From Candidatus Eiseniibacteriota bacterium (lineage in GTDB: Bacteria > Eisenbacteria > RBG-16-71-46 > CAIMUX01 > VGJL01): DNA of 64,000 bases. Both the position numbers and the translations under genes were made by a program. Positions 21,393-31,466 of this stretch are shown here, piece after piece. Below the pieces are notes generated by a model. It ran no database searches, was not told where the DNA came from, and saw only the letters and a list, made by a program, of their open reading frames with translations. How positions within the stretch are numbered: the first letter of the stretch is position 1; every line of letters begins with the position of its first letter. The stretch lies in contig CAWBWI010000002.1 in the NCBI GenBank assembly GCA_963792585.1, forward strand, positions 288,001 through 352,000, given 5' to 3'.

Positions 21393-23216
21393 TTGAGCGT
21401 ACGAATCCACCGCGCCGTCATTCCGGCGCTCGCTGTCGCGGCGCCCTTGGCGGTCTATGTCGCCACCGCCGCGAGGGATCTGGGAGCCATCGACAGTGGG
21501 GAGTTGGCCGTCGTCTGTCGGAACCTCGGAATCGCCCATCCGACAGGCTACCCTCTCTACACCCTGATCGGGCGGCTCGCTGCGTTGGGTCTCCCGGGGG
21601 CGACTCCGATTGCGCGTTTGAATCTTCTCTCGGCGCTCTGCGCGGGCGTCGCGTGCCTGTTTGGTTTCCTGCTGTTTCGTTCGATCATCGACAAGATGCG
21701 CCCGCGCGCCGGTGGGGCTTCCGGGGATCTCCTCGCGCTGGGCGCTACCTGGCTCTGGGGGGTTCATCCCGCTCTTTGGTCGCAGGCGGTCTCGAACGAA
21801 GTGCACGGCTTGCAGGCGGCCCTCCTCGCGTGCCTTCTCTGGCTGGCGACCGCCGACCCCGGACGCGATTCCTTTCGCTGGAGGATCTTGACCGCCTATC
21901 TGCTCGGCCTGGCGTTCGCCAATCACATGAGCGCGATCTACATCGTCCCCGCGCTGGCGGCCGGGGCGATCGCCGAGCCGCTCGACCGTGCATGGCTTCA
22001 TGATCGCCGCCGTCTGCTCCTTCTTGCGGCGGCGTTCCTCATCCCCCTGGGGCTCTATGCCTATCTGCCTCTGCGCAGCCTGCGCGAACCTCTTCTGGAC
22101 TGGGGCAATCCGACTTCCGGATCGCGCTTCCTGAGGCACGTGGGGGGAGCCCAGTACCGTGTGTGGATGTTCGCCTCCAGCGTTTCGTTTCGGGCGAATC
22201 TGCTTGGGTTCTTTCGGGAATGGGGGACTCCCATCGGCTGGATCCCGGTTGCGGCCGCCCTCGCGGGCGGGGTCGCGCTCGCGCGCCGGAACCGCCCAAC
22301 ATGCATCCGTCTCGCGCTCGGTTGTCTCATCGGGGTAGTGTGGGCCTCCGGTTATGACATCCATGACCTCGAGCCGTACTACGCGACCGCGCGCCTGAGC
22401 TTGGCCGGACTTGCCGTGGCCGGCGCCGCGATCCTCCTTCCGGGACGCGCCGCATCGCTCGCTCGCCGGTCGCTCCTGCTCGTTCCCCTCGCGACAGCCG
22501 TCGTGCTCGGGGCGGTCCGTTGGGAAACGCAATCCCGCCGAGACGATCGGTTCGTCCGGCTCTACGCGCAAACGCTCCTCGAACAGCTTCCGCCCAACGC
22601 CATCCTGATCTCGCGTCACTGGGACGTGGTGGTCTCACCGATCCTCTATCTGCAACAGGTCGAGGGCAGGCGGACCGACGTCACGGTCGTCGACACCGAA
22701 CTCCTGCGACGGAGCTGGTACTTTCCGCAGCTCCGCCGAACCGATCCGCGCCTGCTCGCGCCGGTCGAGGATCGGGTCACCCCCTTCCTCGAGGATCTCC
22801 GGCTCTTCGAAGAGCATCGTCCCTACGACCCGCGGAAGATTGAAGAGCACTACCGCTCGTTGATCTCGGGCATCTTCGTCGCTCACAGGATGGATCGGCC
22901 GATCTTCCACACGCCCGAGATCGAGCCGACCTTCTACGGAGAATGGGTGGGGGTGCCCGAGGCGCAAGTCATTCACCTCGTCCCGGATCCCCGGATGGCC
23001 CCACCCGCCGTGCCCCTGGATCCTGCGCCCTGGGCCGTGCAGGCACGCTTCGCCCGCGAACCGATCCGTCGCCAGGCCTGGGAATTCCCGATCGACCTGG
23101 CCCGTTCCCGTATCCGGTTTCTCCGGTTGTTCGATCGAACCGACGAAGCCGCATACTGGGAAGAGATGCTGGGGCGATTCGAGGCGATCCGCCTTCCCAA
23201 GGAGGACAACCCGTGA
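21393..23216 (+). CDS. DUF2723/TMEM260-like GT-C membrane glycosyltransferase
   Basis: DSGEL...LGIAHPTGYPLY, WSQAVSNEVH, ANH, YLPLRS..PLLDWGNP, YLQQVEGRRTDV; many TM helices. Confidence 0.8.
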   Translation: MSVRIHRAVIPALAVAAPLAVYVATAARDLGAIDSGELAVVCRNLGIAHPTGYPLYTLIGRLAALGLPGATPIARLNLLSALCAGVACLFGFLLFRSIIDKMRPRAGGASGDLLALGATWLWGVHPALWSQAVSNEVHGLQAALLACLLWLATADPGRDSFRWRILTAYLLGLAFANHMSAIYIVPALAAGAIAEPLDRAWLHDRRRLLLLAAAFLIPLGLYAYLPLRSLREPLLDWGNPTSGSRFLRHVGGAQYRVWMFASSVSFRANLLGFFREWGTPIGWIPVAAALAGGVALARRNRPTCIRLALGCLIGVVWASGYDIHDLEPYYATARLSLAGLAVAGAAILLPGRAASLARRSLLLVPLATAVVLGAVRWETQSRRDDRFVRLYAQTLLEQLPPNAILISRHWDVVVSPILYLQQVEGRRTDVTVVDTELLRRSWYFPQLRRTDPRLLAPVEDRVTPFLEDLRLFEEHRPYDPRKIEEHYRSLISGIFVAHRMDRPIFHTPEIEPTFYGEWVGVPEAQVIHLVPDPRMAPPAVPLDPAPWAVQARFAREPIRRQAWEFPIDLARSRIRFLRLFDRTDEAAYWEEMLGRFEAIRLPKEDNP

Positions 23217-23827
23217 GCTGGATCGATATCACGCGCGTGATCGATGCGACGACGCCGATCTATCCGGGGGACCCTCCTCCGCGGATCCGGACGCGAACCG
23301 ACAGGGCGGGGATCACCATGACCCGTCTCGAATTCCTCACCCACACGGGGACGCACCTCGATCTGCCGGGTCATCTGTTCGCCGGCGCCGCGCCCCCGGG
23401 CGACGCGACGATCCTCCGCGCATTGCTCGGCCGTGCCTGGGTCGCCCGCCCCCGCGGCGTTCGGCGTGCGGAGATCACCGTCGAGGATCTCCGCGCGGTC
23501 CTGCCCCGGCGATGTCCGCGCCGTCTGCTCCTGCGCGCCGGCCGGGATCGCGGGCTCGCGCTCGATGCCGCCCGCTGGATCGCGAAACGATCTCTTCTGG
23601 TCGGCACGGACGGCCTCTCGATCGATCCCGCAGGCGGAGGACTCGACGCGCACCGCATCTTGCTCGACTCCGGGGTGCTGATCCTCGAGAATCTTCGGCT
23701 GGATGATGCCGCTCCGGGTTCGTATCATCTCGTGTCACTGCCGTTGAGACTGAGTGTCGATGATGGCGCGCCGGTTCGGGCCTTGCTTCGGCGCGAAGGC
23801 CGAGCGGCCACGGGAGGTCGAGGATGA
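23213..23827 (+). CDS. cyclase family metal-dependent hydrolase (kynurenine formamidase-like)
   Basis: YPGDP, HTGTHLD, GTDGLSID, HRILL...ILENL, DGAPVRA; GTG overlaps the upstream stop. Confidence 0.85.
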   Translation: MSWIDITRVIDATTPIYPGDPPPRIRTRTDRAGITMTRLEFLTHTGTHLDLPGHLFAGAAPPGDATILRALLGRAWVARPRGVRRAEITVEDLRAVLPRRCPRRLLLRAGRDRGLALDAARWIAKRSLLVGTDGLSIDPAGGGLDAHRILLDSGVLILENLRLDDAAPGSYHLVSLPLRLSVDDGAPVRALLRREGRAATGGRG

Positions 23828-24579
23828 GACATCGATGGCCGCGAATCGCCGGGCTCCTGCTGCCCATGCTCCTGCTCTCTTGCGGAGGGGACGGCACGAA
23901 GCCGCCCGACGACGAGCCGGGCACCCCGATCACGGTGCCGCTCCAAACGGGGAACCGCTGGACCTACGATGTCTCCGTCTCCGTTGACGGAGGCGCGCCG
24001 GATACCTGGACCCAGGTCGATTCCATCGTCGGCGTCGCAACGGTGGAGGGGCTTACGTACTGGATGATCCAAAGCCGGTCGGGGGACGAGGAGCCGGACA
24101 CCTCCTATGTTCGACAGTCCGGCCAGGTCGTACAGATCCGGCCGGGGGGGCTTCCATCCGGAGGCAGCTCGCCGATTCTCGCGTGGACCTCCCGCCAGCT
24201 TCGAGAGAGCCTTCCATGGGAGGTTGCCGACTTCACCTCGACGAAGGGCGAAATCGAATCGTTCGAGGCCGACACGAGCTTCGCCTCGGAGAACTTGAGG
24301 CTCCGCCTGCAGATCAGCAGCGCGAACCTCGGGCGGACGAGTCTCGAGGTTCCTGCCGGCTCCTTCACGGATGTCTACAAGGGAAGGCTGACCCAGCTGG
24401 TCGTGGGGAGCCAGGGTTCGATCCCCGTTCTGAGCCTGACCACCACCCTCGATATCTTCGTCAAGGACGGCGTGGGCGTGATCAAGCAGTCGACGGTCGA
24501 ACGGATCGAGCAGTCCGGAACGGATCCTCTCGTAACGACCACCACCACTTCGCTGCGGTCCAGCCGCCTGGGCTCGTAG
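23824..24579 (+). CDS. hypothetical lipoprotein, beta-rich
   Basis: Lipobox LLSC; PLQTGNRWTY, VPAGSF, GVGVIK pattern. Confidence 0.7.
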   Translation: MRHRWPRIAGLLLPMLLLSCGGDGTKPPDDEPGTPITVPLQTGNRWTYDVSVSVDGGAPDTWTQVDSIVGVATVEGLTYWMIQSRSGDEEPDTSYVRQSGQVVQIRPGGLPSGGSSPILAWTSRQLRESLPWEVADFTSTKGEIESFEADTSFASENLRLRLQISSANLGRTSLEVPAGSFTDVYKGRLTQLVVGSQGSIPVLSLTTTLDIFVKDGVGVIKQSTVERIEQSGTDPLVTTTTTSLRSSRLGS

Positions 24580-24603
24580 GGCGCGGCGCCAAGAGGATCC
24601 GCG

Positions 24604-25146
24604 ATGAACGACGCCTGTGCTGGATCCGATCGACTCCTGTCGATTGGACGCACCCTCTTCGCCTTGCGGCACGTGCTCCGGGCGTCGGCGGACGCCCAAC
24701 TCGCGCTCCAGTACCTCTTCTTCCATGCCGACGTGAACGATCCGCAGGTCACCCCGTTGCTGGAACAGCATGGGGTGACCGTGGGGGAGGCGCCAGCGCT
24801 CGAGAACTACGTCTGCGGACGCTTGCGCCCGTGGATGCGGCGGATCGGCATGGGAGAGACGCGTGCCTCTGCCTGGGCGCAATCGGCATTACGGGACCTT
24901 CGCGCGACCGTGGCGAGTTCTCCCGAGATCGAGGCCTGGGCACTCGGCGTCCTCGCCGAGGAGATCGGTAATAGCGGAGCCGGACGCAACGAATCGTGGC
25001 GCATCGCCCTCGCTGAGGGGCGCCCTCCGGGTCCCGAGGCGGACCGGCTCATCGGAGCGATCGGGATTCTCCAAGAGTGCTGTGGCGTGACCATCTCCAC
25101 CGCAGCGACGACCCCCTGGGAGATCGAGAAAGGAGCCGTGAGATGA
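24604..25146 (+). CDS. hypothetical protein
   Basis: Fills the gap between co-oriented genes; stop overlaps the next ATG. Confidence 0.55.
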   Translation: MNDACAGSDRLLSIGRTLFALRHVLRASADAQLALQYLFFHADVNDPQVTPLLEQHGVTVGEAPALENYVCGRLRPWMRRIGMGETRASAWAQSALRDLRATVASSPEIEAWALGVLAEEIGNSGAGRNESWRIALAEGRPPGPEADRLIGAIGILQECCGVTISTAATTPWEIEKGAVR

Positions 25147-25835
25147 ATGGTGGGCACGTCGTCGTGGTGGGCGCCACCGGCGGTGCGGGGCCCTCCGTCG
25201 TCCGGGAATTGGCGGATGGGGGTTTCCGCGTGACCTTCACAGGCAGGAGCGCCGAGACCGTGGCGCGCGTCCAGTCGATGGTCCCGTCCGCAACCGGTCG
25301 GATCCTCGACGGGATGGACGTCGCGGCAACCAGGACCTTCCTCGAAGAAGCGGACGCGCTCGCAGATCTCGCCGCCTACGTCCATATCGCGGGTGGTTGG
25401 GCGGGCGGGCGGGGGATCGAAGATCTGACATCCGAGGATTGGGTCTCGATGCTCGACAGAAACTTCACCACGCTCCGCAATGGCGCTGCCGCGGCCCTCG
25501 GCCTGATGCGCCGTAGGGGTGGGGGCTCGATCGTCACATTCGGATCGCTCGCCGCGTTCGCCGGGGGAGCGCAGTCCGCGCCTTACGCGGTATCGAAGGC
25601 CGCGGTCGTCGCATTCACCCGTTGTCTCGCCGAGGAAGGGAAGCAGTATGGAGTCCGGGCGAACTGCATCGTTCCGGGCACGATCGACACCGAGGGGAAC
25701 CGTGCAGCAATGCCGAAGGCGGACCGAACGGGCTGGATCGCGCCGGAACGGATCGCCCGAGCGATTCGCTACCTCTGCGGTCCCGACTCCGTCGATGTCA
25801 GCGGGTCGACGATCCTGATGAAGGGCAAGGCTTAG
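25143..25835 (+). CDS. short-chain dehydrogenase/reductase
   Basis: GATGGAG, IAGGW, YAVSK, PGTIDTEGNRAAMP. Confidence 0.85.
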   Translation: MNGGHVVVVGATGGAGPSVVRELADGGFRVTFTGRSAETVARVQSMVPSATGRILDGMDVAATRTFLEEADALADLAAYVHIAGGWAGGRGIEDLTSEDWVSMLDRNFTTLRNGAAAALGLMRRRGGGSIVTFGSLAAFAGGAQSAPYAVSKAAVVAFTRCLAEEGKQYGVRANCIVPGTIDTEGNRAAMPKADRTGWIAPERIARAIRYLCGPDSVDVSGSTILMKGKA

Positions 25836-25934
25836 CCGCCCCGATCCTGCGCCGGGAAACGTCGAAGCGGCCCGGCCTCGGGAAGATCGAGCATCTTCCC
25901 CCGGCCGGACCGCCTCTTCGGAGTTCTGCGTCGG

Positions 25935-26204
25935 TTAGGAACCGAAGAAGAAGGTCGTTTCCTTGCGCTGCTGTTCCTCGGCGGGTTTCTCGGGCGCCTC
26001 GTATACGACCTTGGAGAGTCCCTTCTCGATCCGTCTGAGGGCGAGCATCGTGACCTTCTCCGGAAGCGCGGCGCCGCGATGTCGATAGAGATCGTTCAGG
26101 CGCTCCGCCTCCTTTGCGGCGGCAACCACCAGCTCGTACTTGGAGCGGATGCCGTCGGGGAGTTTCCGGCCCAGGCCCCTCGGCCGCATGATATCGTCGA
26201 CCAT
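25935..26204 (-). CDS. rpoZ: RNA polymerase omega subunit
   Basis: SKYELVVAAAKEAERL and KVTMLALRRI match the omega pattern; AGGAGG RBS. Confidence 0.8.
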   Translation of the reverse strand: MVDDIMRPRGLGRKLPDGIRSKYELVVAAAKEAERLNDLYRHRGAALPEKVTMLALRRIEKGLSKVVYEAPEKPAEEQQRKETTFFFGS

Positions 26205-26216
26205 CCAGGTTCCTCC

Positions 26217-27756
26217 TTACGATTTGGGAACGCGCAGCGCCAGGAACACGTTCGCGTCCTGTCTGCGCACCTTCAACAGAATCGTCTTGCCCTGCGCGAC
26301 CTTCTCGATCTGCGACTTGAGCCCCGACAGAGTGCTGACGGGCTGGCGGCCGGCCTCCAGCACGACATCCCCCTCACGCAGGCCCGAATCCGCCGCGGGG
26401 GAGCCAGGTTCGACACTGGTGACGACGAGACCCGTCACATCGGCGTCGAGTTGGAGTTCGGCGCGCGCATTGGCATCGATACGGACGGCATCGAATCCGA
26501 GTTCGCCGAGATCGCTCGAGTCGTCGGACCCGCCGTTACGCACGTTGCCGGCGAGTTCCTCATCCCCAGGCAACTCGCCCAGCTTGACCCGAACGTGCTT
26601 GCGATCGCCTCCGTGGAGGACGGTGAGGGAGACCGATGTGCCGGGCGCCATCTCGCCGACCTGAAGACGCAAGTCGGCCGAATCACGAAGCGGCGCGCCG
26701 TTGAGCTCTAGAATTAGGTCTCCCGGTTCGATGCCCGCGTCCTCGGCGGGACTTCCGTCGGCCACGCTGTTGACGAGGGCGCCCTGCGGCCGATCGAGAC
26801 CGTAGTTGTCGGCCATGGCGGCGTGACGCCCTGGATCGTGACACCGATCCAGCCGCGCACGACCTTCCCGGTCTTGCACCAGGCTATCCATGATCTTGCC
26901 GGCCATGTTGATCGGAATCGCGAAGCCGACGCCCTGATAGCCGCCGCTCCGGGATGGCGATCGCCGTGTTGATCCCCACGACCTCGCCCTCCAGATCGAC
27001 CAGCGCGCCCACCCGAGTTGCCGGGGTTGATCGCCGCGTCGGTCTGGATGAAGTTCTCATAGTCCTCGAGACCGACGCTACTCCGCCCCTTGGCGCTCAC
27101 GATCCCGGCCGTGACGGTCTGGGTCAGCTCGAACGGGTTCCCGATCGCGAGGACCCACTCGCCCACCTGCAGATCGTCGGAGTCGCCGAGAGTGGCCGCC
27201 GGCAGCCTATCAGCATCGATCTTCACCACCGCGATATCGGTCTTCGGATCGCGTGCCGACCACTTCGGCGTCGAAGCTCCGTCCGTCGGCGAGAGTGACC
27301 TTGACCCGGTCGGCCCCCGCCACGACATGGTTGTTCGTGAGGACCCGACCATCGGCACTCACGATGACTCCCGATCCCATCCCCCGCACCGGCGCCTGAT
27401 CCGGCATCTGGAAGAAATGATCGAAGAGCTGCGGCGGGATCATCCCATTGAATGGGTTCTGCGATCCGCGGGATCGACCAGACGCGAGCTTCCGTTCGCT
27501 GTATATCGTGACGATCGACGGCGACACCTCGCGCGCCACCGCGGTGAACGCATGGCTGAGTGCCATCGCGCCATCGATCCCCTTTTGTTCTTCCGATGAC
27601 CTCTCGGCGCGGGCGATCGACTCGTCGAGAGAGAGCTTCGCAGTCTGATTCGCCCCGGATCCCCAGCGGAAGTTGACCTCCATCGGCCGTGCCATCCATG
27701 CGAGGCCCGCCCCGATCGCCAGGGACAACGTCAGCAATCGCGATCCACCGCTTCAT
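26217..27756 (-). CDS. degP: DegP/DegQ (HtrA) serine protease with two PDZ domains (at least five apparent frameshifts)
   Basis: [36 protein letters not shown] and two PDZ segments, spread over successive frames; GGAGG RBS before ATG 27756. Confidence 0.88.
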
Positions 27757-27900
27757 CTGGTGTTGCCTCCTTCCTATCGATCCAGGGATGCTGTCGAATG
27801 TGTGTGAGGGGCATCCCCTGAACGGGATGGAGAACCCGAGAACCCGGCAAATGTTCCAGTCTACCGCCCGCGAGCATGCGGGGCAAGGAAGGAGGTTGCG

Positions 27901-29033
27901 CTGAACCAGCCGCCCGGCCCGGGAACCAAACCGCAGAACCCGGGTCGCCGTCGCCGCCGTCGTCGAAGACGGCCAGATCCTTATAGCACACCGATTTCCG
28001 GACGCTCATCTGCCGGACCTCTGGGAGTTCCCCGGGGGGAAGATCGATCCCGGGGAGGAGCCCTGCCGCGTGCGCGGTCCGGGAGGTGGCGGAGGAACTG
28101 GGGATCGAGATCGAGATCCTCGGGTTGCTGCTCCGCCGTCCCTACGACTACGCCGACCGGAACGTCGACCTCTGGTTCTACGTCGCCCGGCGGCTGTCCG
28201 GCGACCCGGTGGCGATCGGCTGTTCGGAGTGGCGCTGGGTGAGGCCGGAGGAACTGAGTGCCTACCGGTTGCCGGACGCGAGCGAGCCGGTCCTCTCGGC
28301 GTTGCGGAACGGGGGCTGGCTCGGGGCCGAGGGGGGCGAGGCGCGGGAGCGTCTGGCCACCATCCTCTGCAAGCGTCCGCTCTCTCCCGGCGTGACCGAG
28401 GTCGTCGTGCGCCCGGAGGATCCGCTGGGCGAGACCTTCCTCGCCGGCCAGTACTGGGTCCTTTCCCCGTCGCCGGAGGAGCGGGCGGCGTTCTCGATCG
28501 CCACGCCTCCCATGCGGAGGAACGAGATCGGGTTCTGCATTCGGGGGGGGTGGGGCGACGGGGTCGCTGATACGATCGTCCGGATGGACCCCGGCGACCC
28601 GATCCGCTATACAGGTCCCCACGGCGGATTCACCCTGCGCGCCGGATCGGCGCGCGACCCGATCTTCATCGGAATGAGCACCGGGATCGCGCCCCTGCAC
28701 TCCATGATCCTCGAGTTGATCGCCAGGAAGAGCGAGCGACGGATCGACTTGATATTCGGAGCGCGCACGCTCGAGGACCTCCTCTACGGAGACGAGTTCC
28801 GGCGACTCGCGGCCGACGATCCCGCCTTCCACTACCATCCCTGCCTCACACGTCCGCCCGCGCGGGGCTGGAGTGGCGGCGTCGGGCGGGTCACGGACCT
28901 GATCGGGTCCGTTCTCGGCGATGCGCGCGGGCGGGAAGCGTATCTCTGCGGGAGTTCCGAGATGGTTGCCGCGTCGATCGAGCAACTCGTCGCGATCGGA
29001 ATCGACCGTTCCCTTTGCTTCCGTGAGGAGTAG
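27901..29033 (+). CDS. MutT-like Nudix hydrolase fused to a ferredoxin-NADP-reductase-like FAD/NAD(P) domain (frameshift at ~28063; start uncertain)
   Basis: LWEFPGGKIDPGEEP/AACAVREVAEELG Nudix box across the frameshift; same frame continues to AGQY, AFSIAT, GPHGGF, STGIAP, FGAR, YLCGSSEMV. Confidence 0.75.
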
Positions 29034-29067
29034 GGATAGACTTCCGGGACCCGAAGAGGAACCGGCG

Positions 29068-29715
29068 ATGTCGAACCTACGCGTCAGCGAGATCTTCTAC
29101 AGCATCCAGGGCGAGTCGACCCGCGCAGGCTTGCCTTGCGTCTTCGTGCGCCTCACCGGATGCCCGATGCGGTGCGTCTGGTGCGACACCGCGTACGCAT
29201 TCGAAGGGGGCCGCACCCTGTCGATCGACGAGATCGTCGGCGAGATCGACGGCTACCCCACGCGCACGGTCGAGGTCACGGGGGGAGAACCCCTGGCGCA
29301 ACGTGACGCCCCCTCGCTGATCGCGCGCCTACTCGATGGAGGTTGGACGGTTCTCGTCGAGACCGGGGGCGGTGTGACGATCGCGGGCGTCGATCCGCGC
29401 GCGCTGCTCGTCTATGACATCAAGTGTCCCGACAGCGGAGAGGAGGGGGCGAACCTCTGGGCGAACCTCGACCTCCTCAAGCCGGGATTCGACGAGATCA
29501 AGTTCGTCCTCGCGTCGCGCCGCGACTATCTCTGGGCGGCCGACCTGGTGCGAACACGAGGATTTGCGGAGCGACACGCGGTTCTGTTCTCGCCCGCCCA
29601 CGGCCTCCTCGATCCGACCCAACTCGCCGGCTGGATCCTCGACGACGGCCTCCCCGTGCGGCTGCAACTGCAGCTGCACAAGATCCTCTGGGCGCCCGAA
29701 GCGAGGGGCGTCTAG
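29068..29715 (+). CDS. queE: 7-carboxy-7-deazaguanine synthase QueE
   Basis: EIFYSIQGES, CPMRCVWCDT, TGGEPL, LQLHK. Confidence 0.93.
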   Translation: MSNLRVSEIFYSIQGESTRAGLPCVFVRLTGCPMRCVWCDTAYAFEGGRTLSIDEIVGEIDGYPTRTVEVTGGEPLAQRDAPSLIARLLDGGWTVLVETGGGVTIAGVDPRALLVYDIKCPDSGEEGANLWANLDLLKPGFDEIKFVLASRRDYLWAADLVRTRGFAERHAVLFSPAHGLLDPTQLAGWILDDGLPVRLQLQLHKILWAPEARGV

Positions 29716-29717
29716 CC

Positions 29718-30398
29718 GTGCGCGGCCGTGCCGTCGTCCTCCTGAGCGGCGGGCTCGACTCGGCCGTCGTTCTGGCGATCGCGGGACGCGATCACGAGGA
29801 CGTCTACGCCCTCACCGTCCGTTATGGACAACGCCACGCGATCGAGGTCGAATGTGCGCGAGCGATCGCTCGGGAAGCGGGCGTGCGCGAGCATCGGATT
29901 CTCGACGTCGACCTGTCCTCCTGGGGAGGATCCACCCTGACCGGTGATGGGGACGTGCCGAAGGATCGAGAGCTCGCCGACGCAACGGTGGATATCCCGT
30001 CAACCTACGTGCCCGCGCGCAACACGATTCTCCTGTCCCTGGCGCTTGGTTGGGCGGAGGTGCTCCACGCGGAGGCGATCTACATCGGCGCCCACACGCA
30101 AGACGCGGGCGGCTACCCCGACACCCGGCCGGAGTACCTCGAGGCCTATGAGCGGATGTGCGCGCTGGCGACCCGAGCCGGGTTGGATGGGCGGGGCCCG
30201 CGGATTGCAGCGCCCCTGCTCCACATGTCGAAGGCCGAAGTCATCGCGACGGGCCGCAAGCTCGGCGTCGACTTCGGGAAGACGTCGAGTTGCTACGATC
30301 CGCTCCCATCGGGCGCGCCCTGCGGCCGATGCGACTCGTGCCGCTTGCGCGCGAAGGGATTCGAGGAGGCCGGCGCGGTCGATCCGAGGGACGCCTGA
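29718..30398 (+). CDS. queC: 7-cyano-7-deazaguanine synthase QueC
   Basis: LSGGLDS, YGQRH, TYVPARN, YPDTRPEY, SCY...CGRCDSC. Confidence 0.95.
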   Translation: MRGRAVVLLSGGLDSAVVLAIAGRDHEDVYALTVRYGQRHAIEVECARAIAREAGVREHRILDVDLSSWGGSTLTGDGDVPKDRELADATVDIPSTYVPARNTILLSLALGWAEVLHAEAIYIGAHTQDAGGYPDTRPEYLEAYERMCALATRAGLDGRGPRIAAPLLHMSKAEVIATGRKLGVDFGKTSSCYDPLPSGAPCGRCDSCRLRAKGFEEAGAVDPRDA

Positions 30399-31444
30399 TC
30401 GGGCACGGACCCGTCATCGAGGAGGTCCGGCTCGGGACCCTCGACCTCACCCTGCGCAAGACATTCCGCACCCATTGGAAGAAACTCCGCGACCACGCGA
30501 CGCTTCATGTCCGCGTGCGGTCCGGCGCGGTCTGGGGTGAAGGGGAAGCCTACACGATGGACCTCGACGGAGGTCTTGGCGCACTCCGCGAGCTGCGTGT
30601 CGAGGGGCGCGAGATCTCGGACATGGTCGAAGCCCTCGATTCGATCACCGACTCGGCCGCCAGATCGGCGTTGGACCTGGCGTTCCACGATCTGCTCGGC
30701 CGACTCCGCGGCATCCCCGTTTGGCGCCTCCTCGGATTGTCCCGAGCGACGCGAACCACCTGCGTGTCGATCGGCATCGATGAGCCCGAGGCGATGCTCC
30801 AGGATGCGCGCGAGTGGATCGGAAGGGGATTCCCGATCCTGAAGGTGAAGATCACGACCGGGACCGACCCCGACCTGTTGCGCCGGATCCGTGCAATCGG
30901 CGGTCCTTCCCTACGGCTTTGGGTAGACGCCAACCAGGCGTTCGACCCCGGGGGAGCGGTTTCGTTCGCCCGCACGCTTGCCGAAGTCGGGGTCGAGGTA
31001 TTCGAGCAACCCCTTGCGGTCGGCCATCTCGAAAGCTACGCCGCGATCCGATCGGAGATCGCGATCCCGATCATTCTCGATGAGGAGATCCACTCCCCTG
31101 AAGACGTCGCCCGCGCCGCCCTTGTCGGGGGGATCGACGGTATCAATGTGAAGCTCGCGAAGATGGGCGGCATCCGCGCGGGATTGCGTGCGATCCGCGT
31201 GGCGCGCGCGCACGGTCTGCGGGTCTTCCTGGGCTGTTACTTCGAGAGTTCCCTGGGAATCGCCGGGGCGGCAGCCCTTCTCGCGCACGCGGACTATGTC
31301 GACCTCGACTCACCGCTCCATCTCGCCGACGATCCCTACTCCGGTCTCGACTTTTGCGGCGCGGAGATCTCTCCTCCGGACGCCCCGGGTCTCGGCGTCG
31401 GCGGCTCGATGCGAAAAACCCCGCTCCGAGATGAAGCGGGGTGA
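30395..31444 (+). CDS. dipeptide epimerase (L-Ala-D/L-Glu epimerase family, enolase superfamily)
   Basis: LKVKI, DANQ, EQP, LDEE, NVKLAKMGG, DLD; start uncertain. Confidence 0.8.
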   Translation: MIGHGPVIEEVRLGTLDLTLRKTFRTHWKKLRDHATLHVRVRSGAVWGEGEAYTMDLDGGLGALRELRVEGREISDMVEALDSITDSAARSALDLAFHDLLGRLRGIPVWRLLGLSRATRTTCVSIGIDEPEAMLQDAREWIGRGFPILKVKITTGTDPDLLRRIRAIGGPSLRLWVDANQAFDPGGAVSFARTLAEVGVEVFEQPLAVGHLESYAAIRSEIAIPIILDEEIHSPEDVARAALVGGIDGINVKLAKMGGIRAGLRAIRVARAHGLRVFLGCYFESSLGIAGAAALLAHADYVDLDSPLHLADDPYSGLDFCGAEISPPDAPGLGVGGSMRKTPLRDEAG

Positions 31445-31466
31445 GATCGAAGCGGTCCGACCGCGT

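Noticed and set aside
26217..27756. degP (and the NtrC regulator at 37929-39282) as true pseudogenes or programmed frameshifts
   Set aside because: Catalytic motifs are intact, no slippery sites were seen, and similar indels hit unrelated housekeeping genes. Cannot be fully excluded without reads.
29068..30398. queE-queC as a 7-deazaguanine DNA modification (dpd) defence island
   Set aside because: No dpdA/tgt-like or other dpd genes nearby; the context is housekeeping, so queuosine synthesis is more likely.
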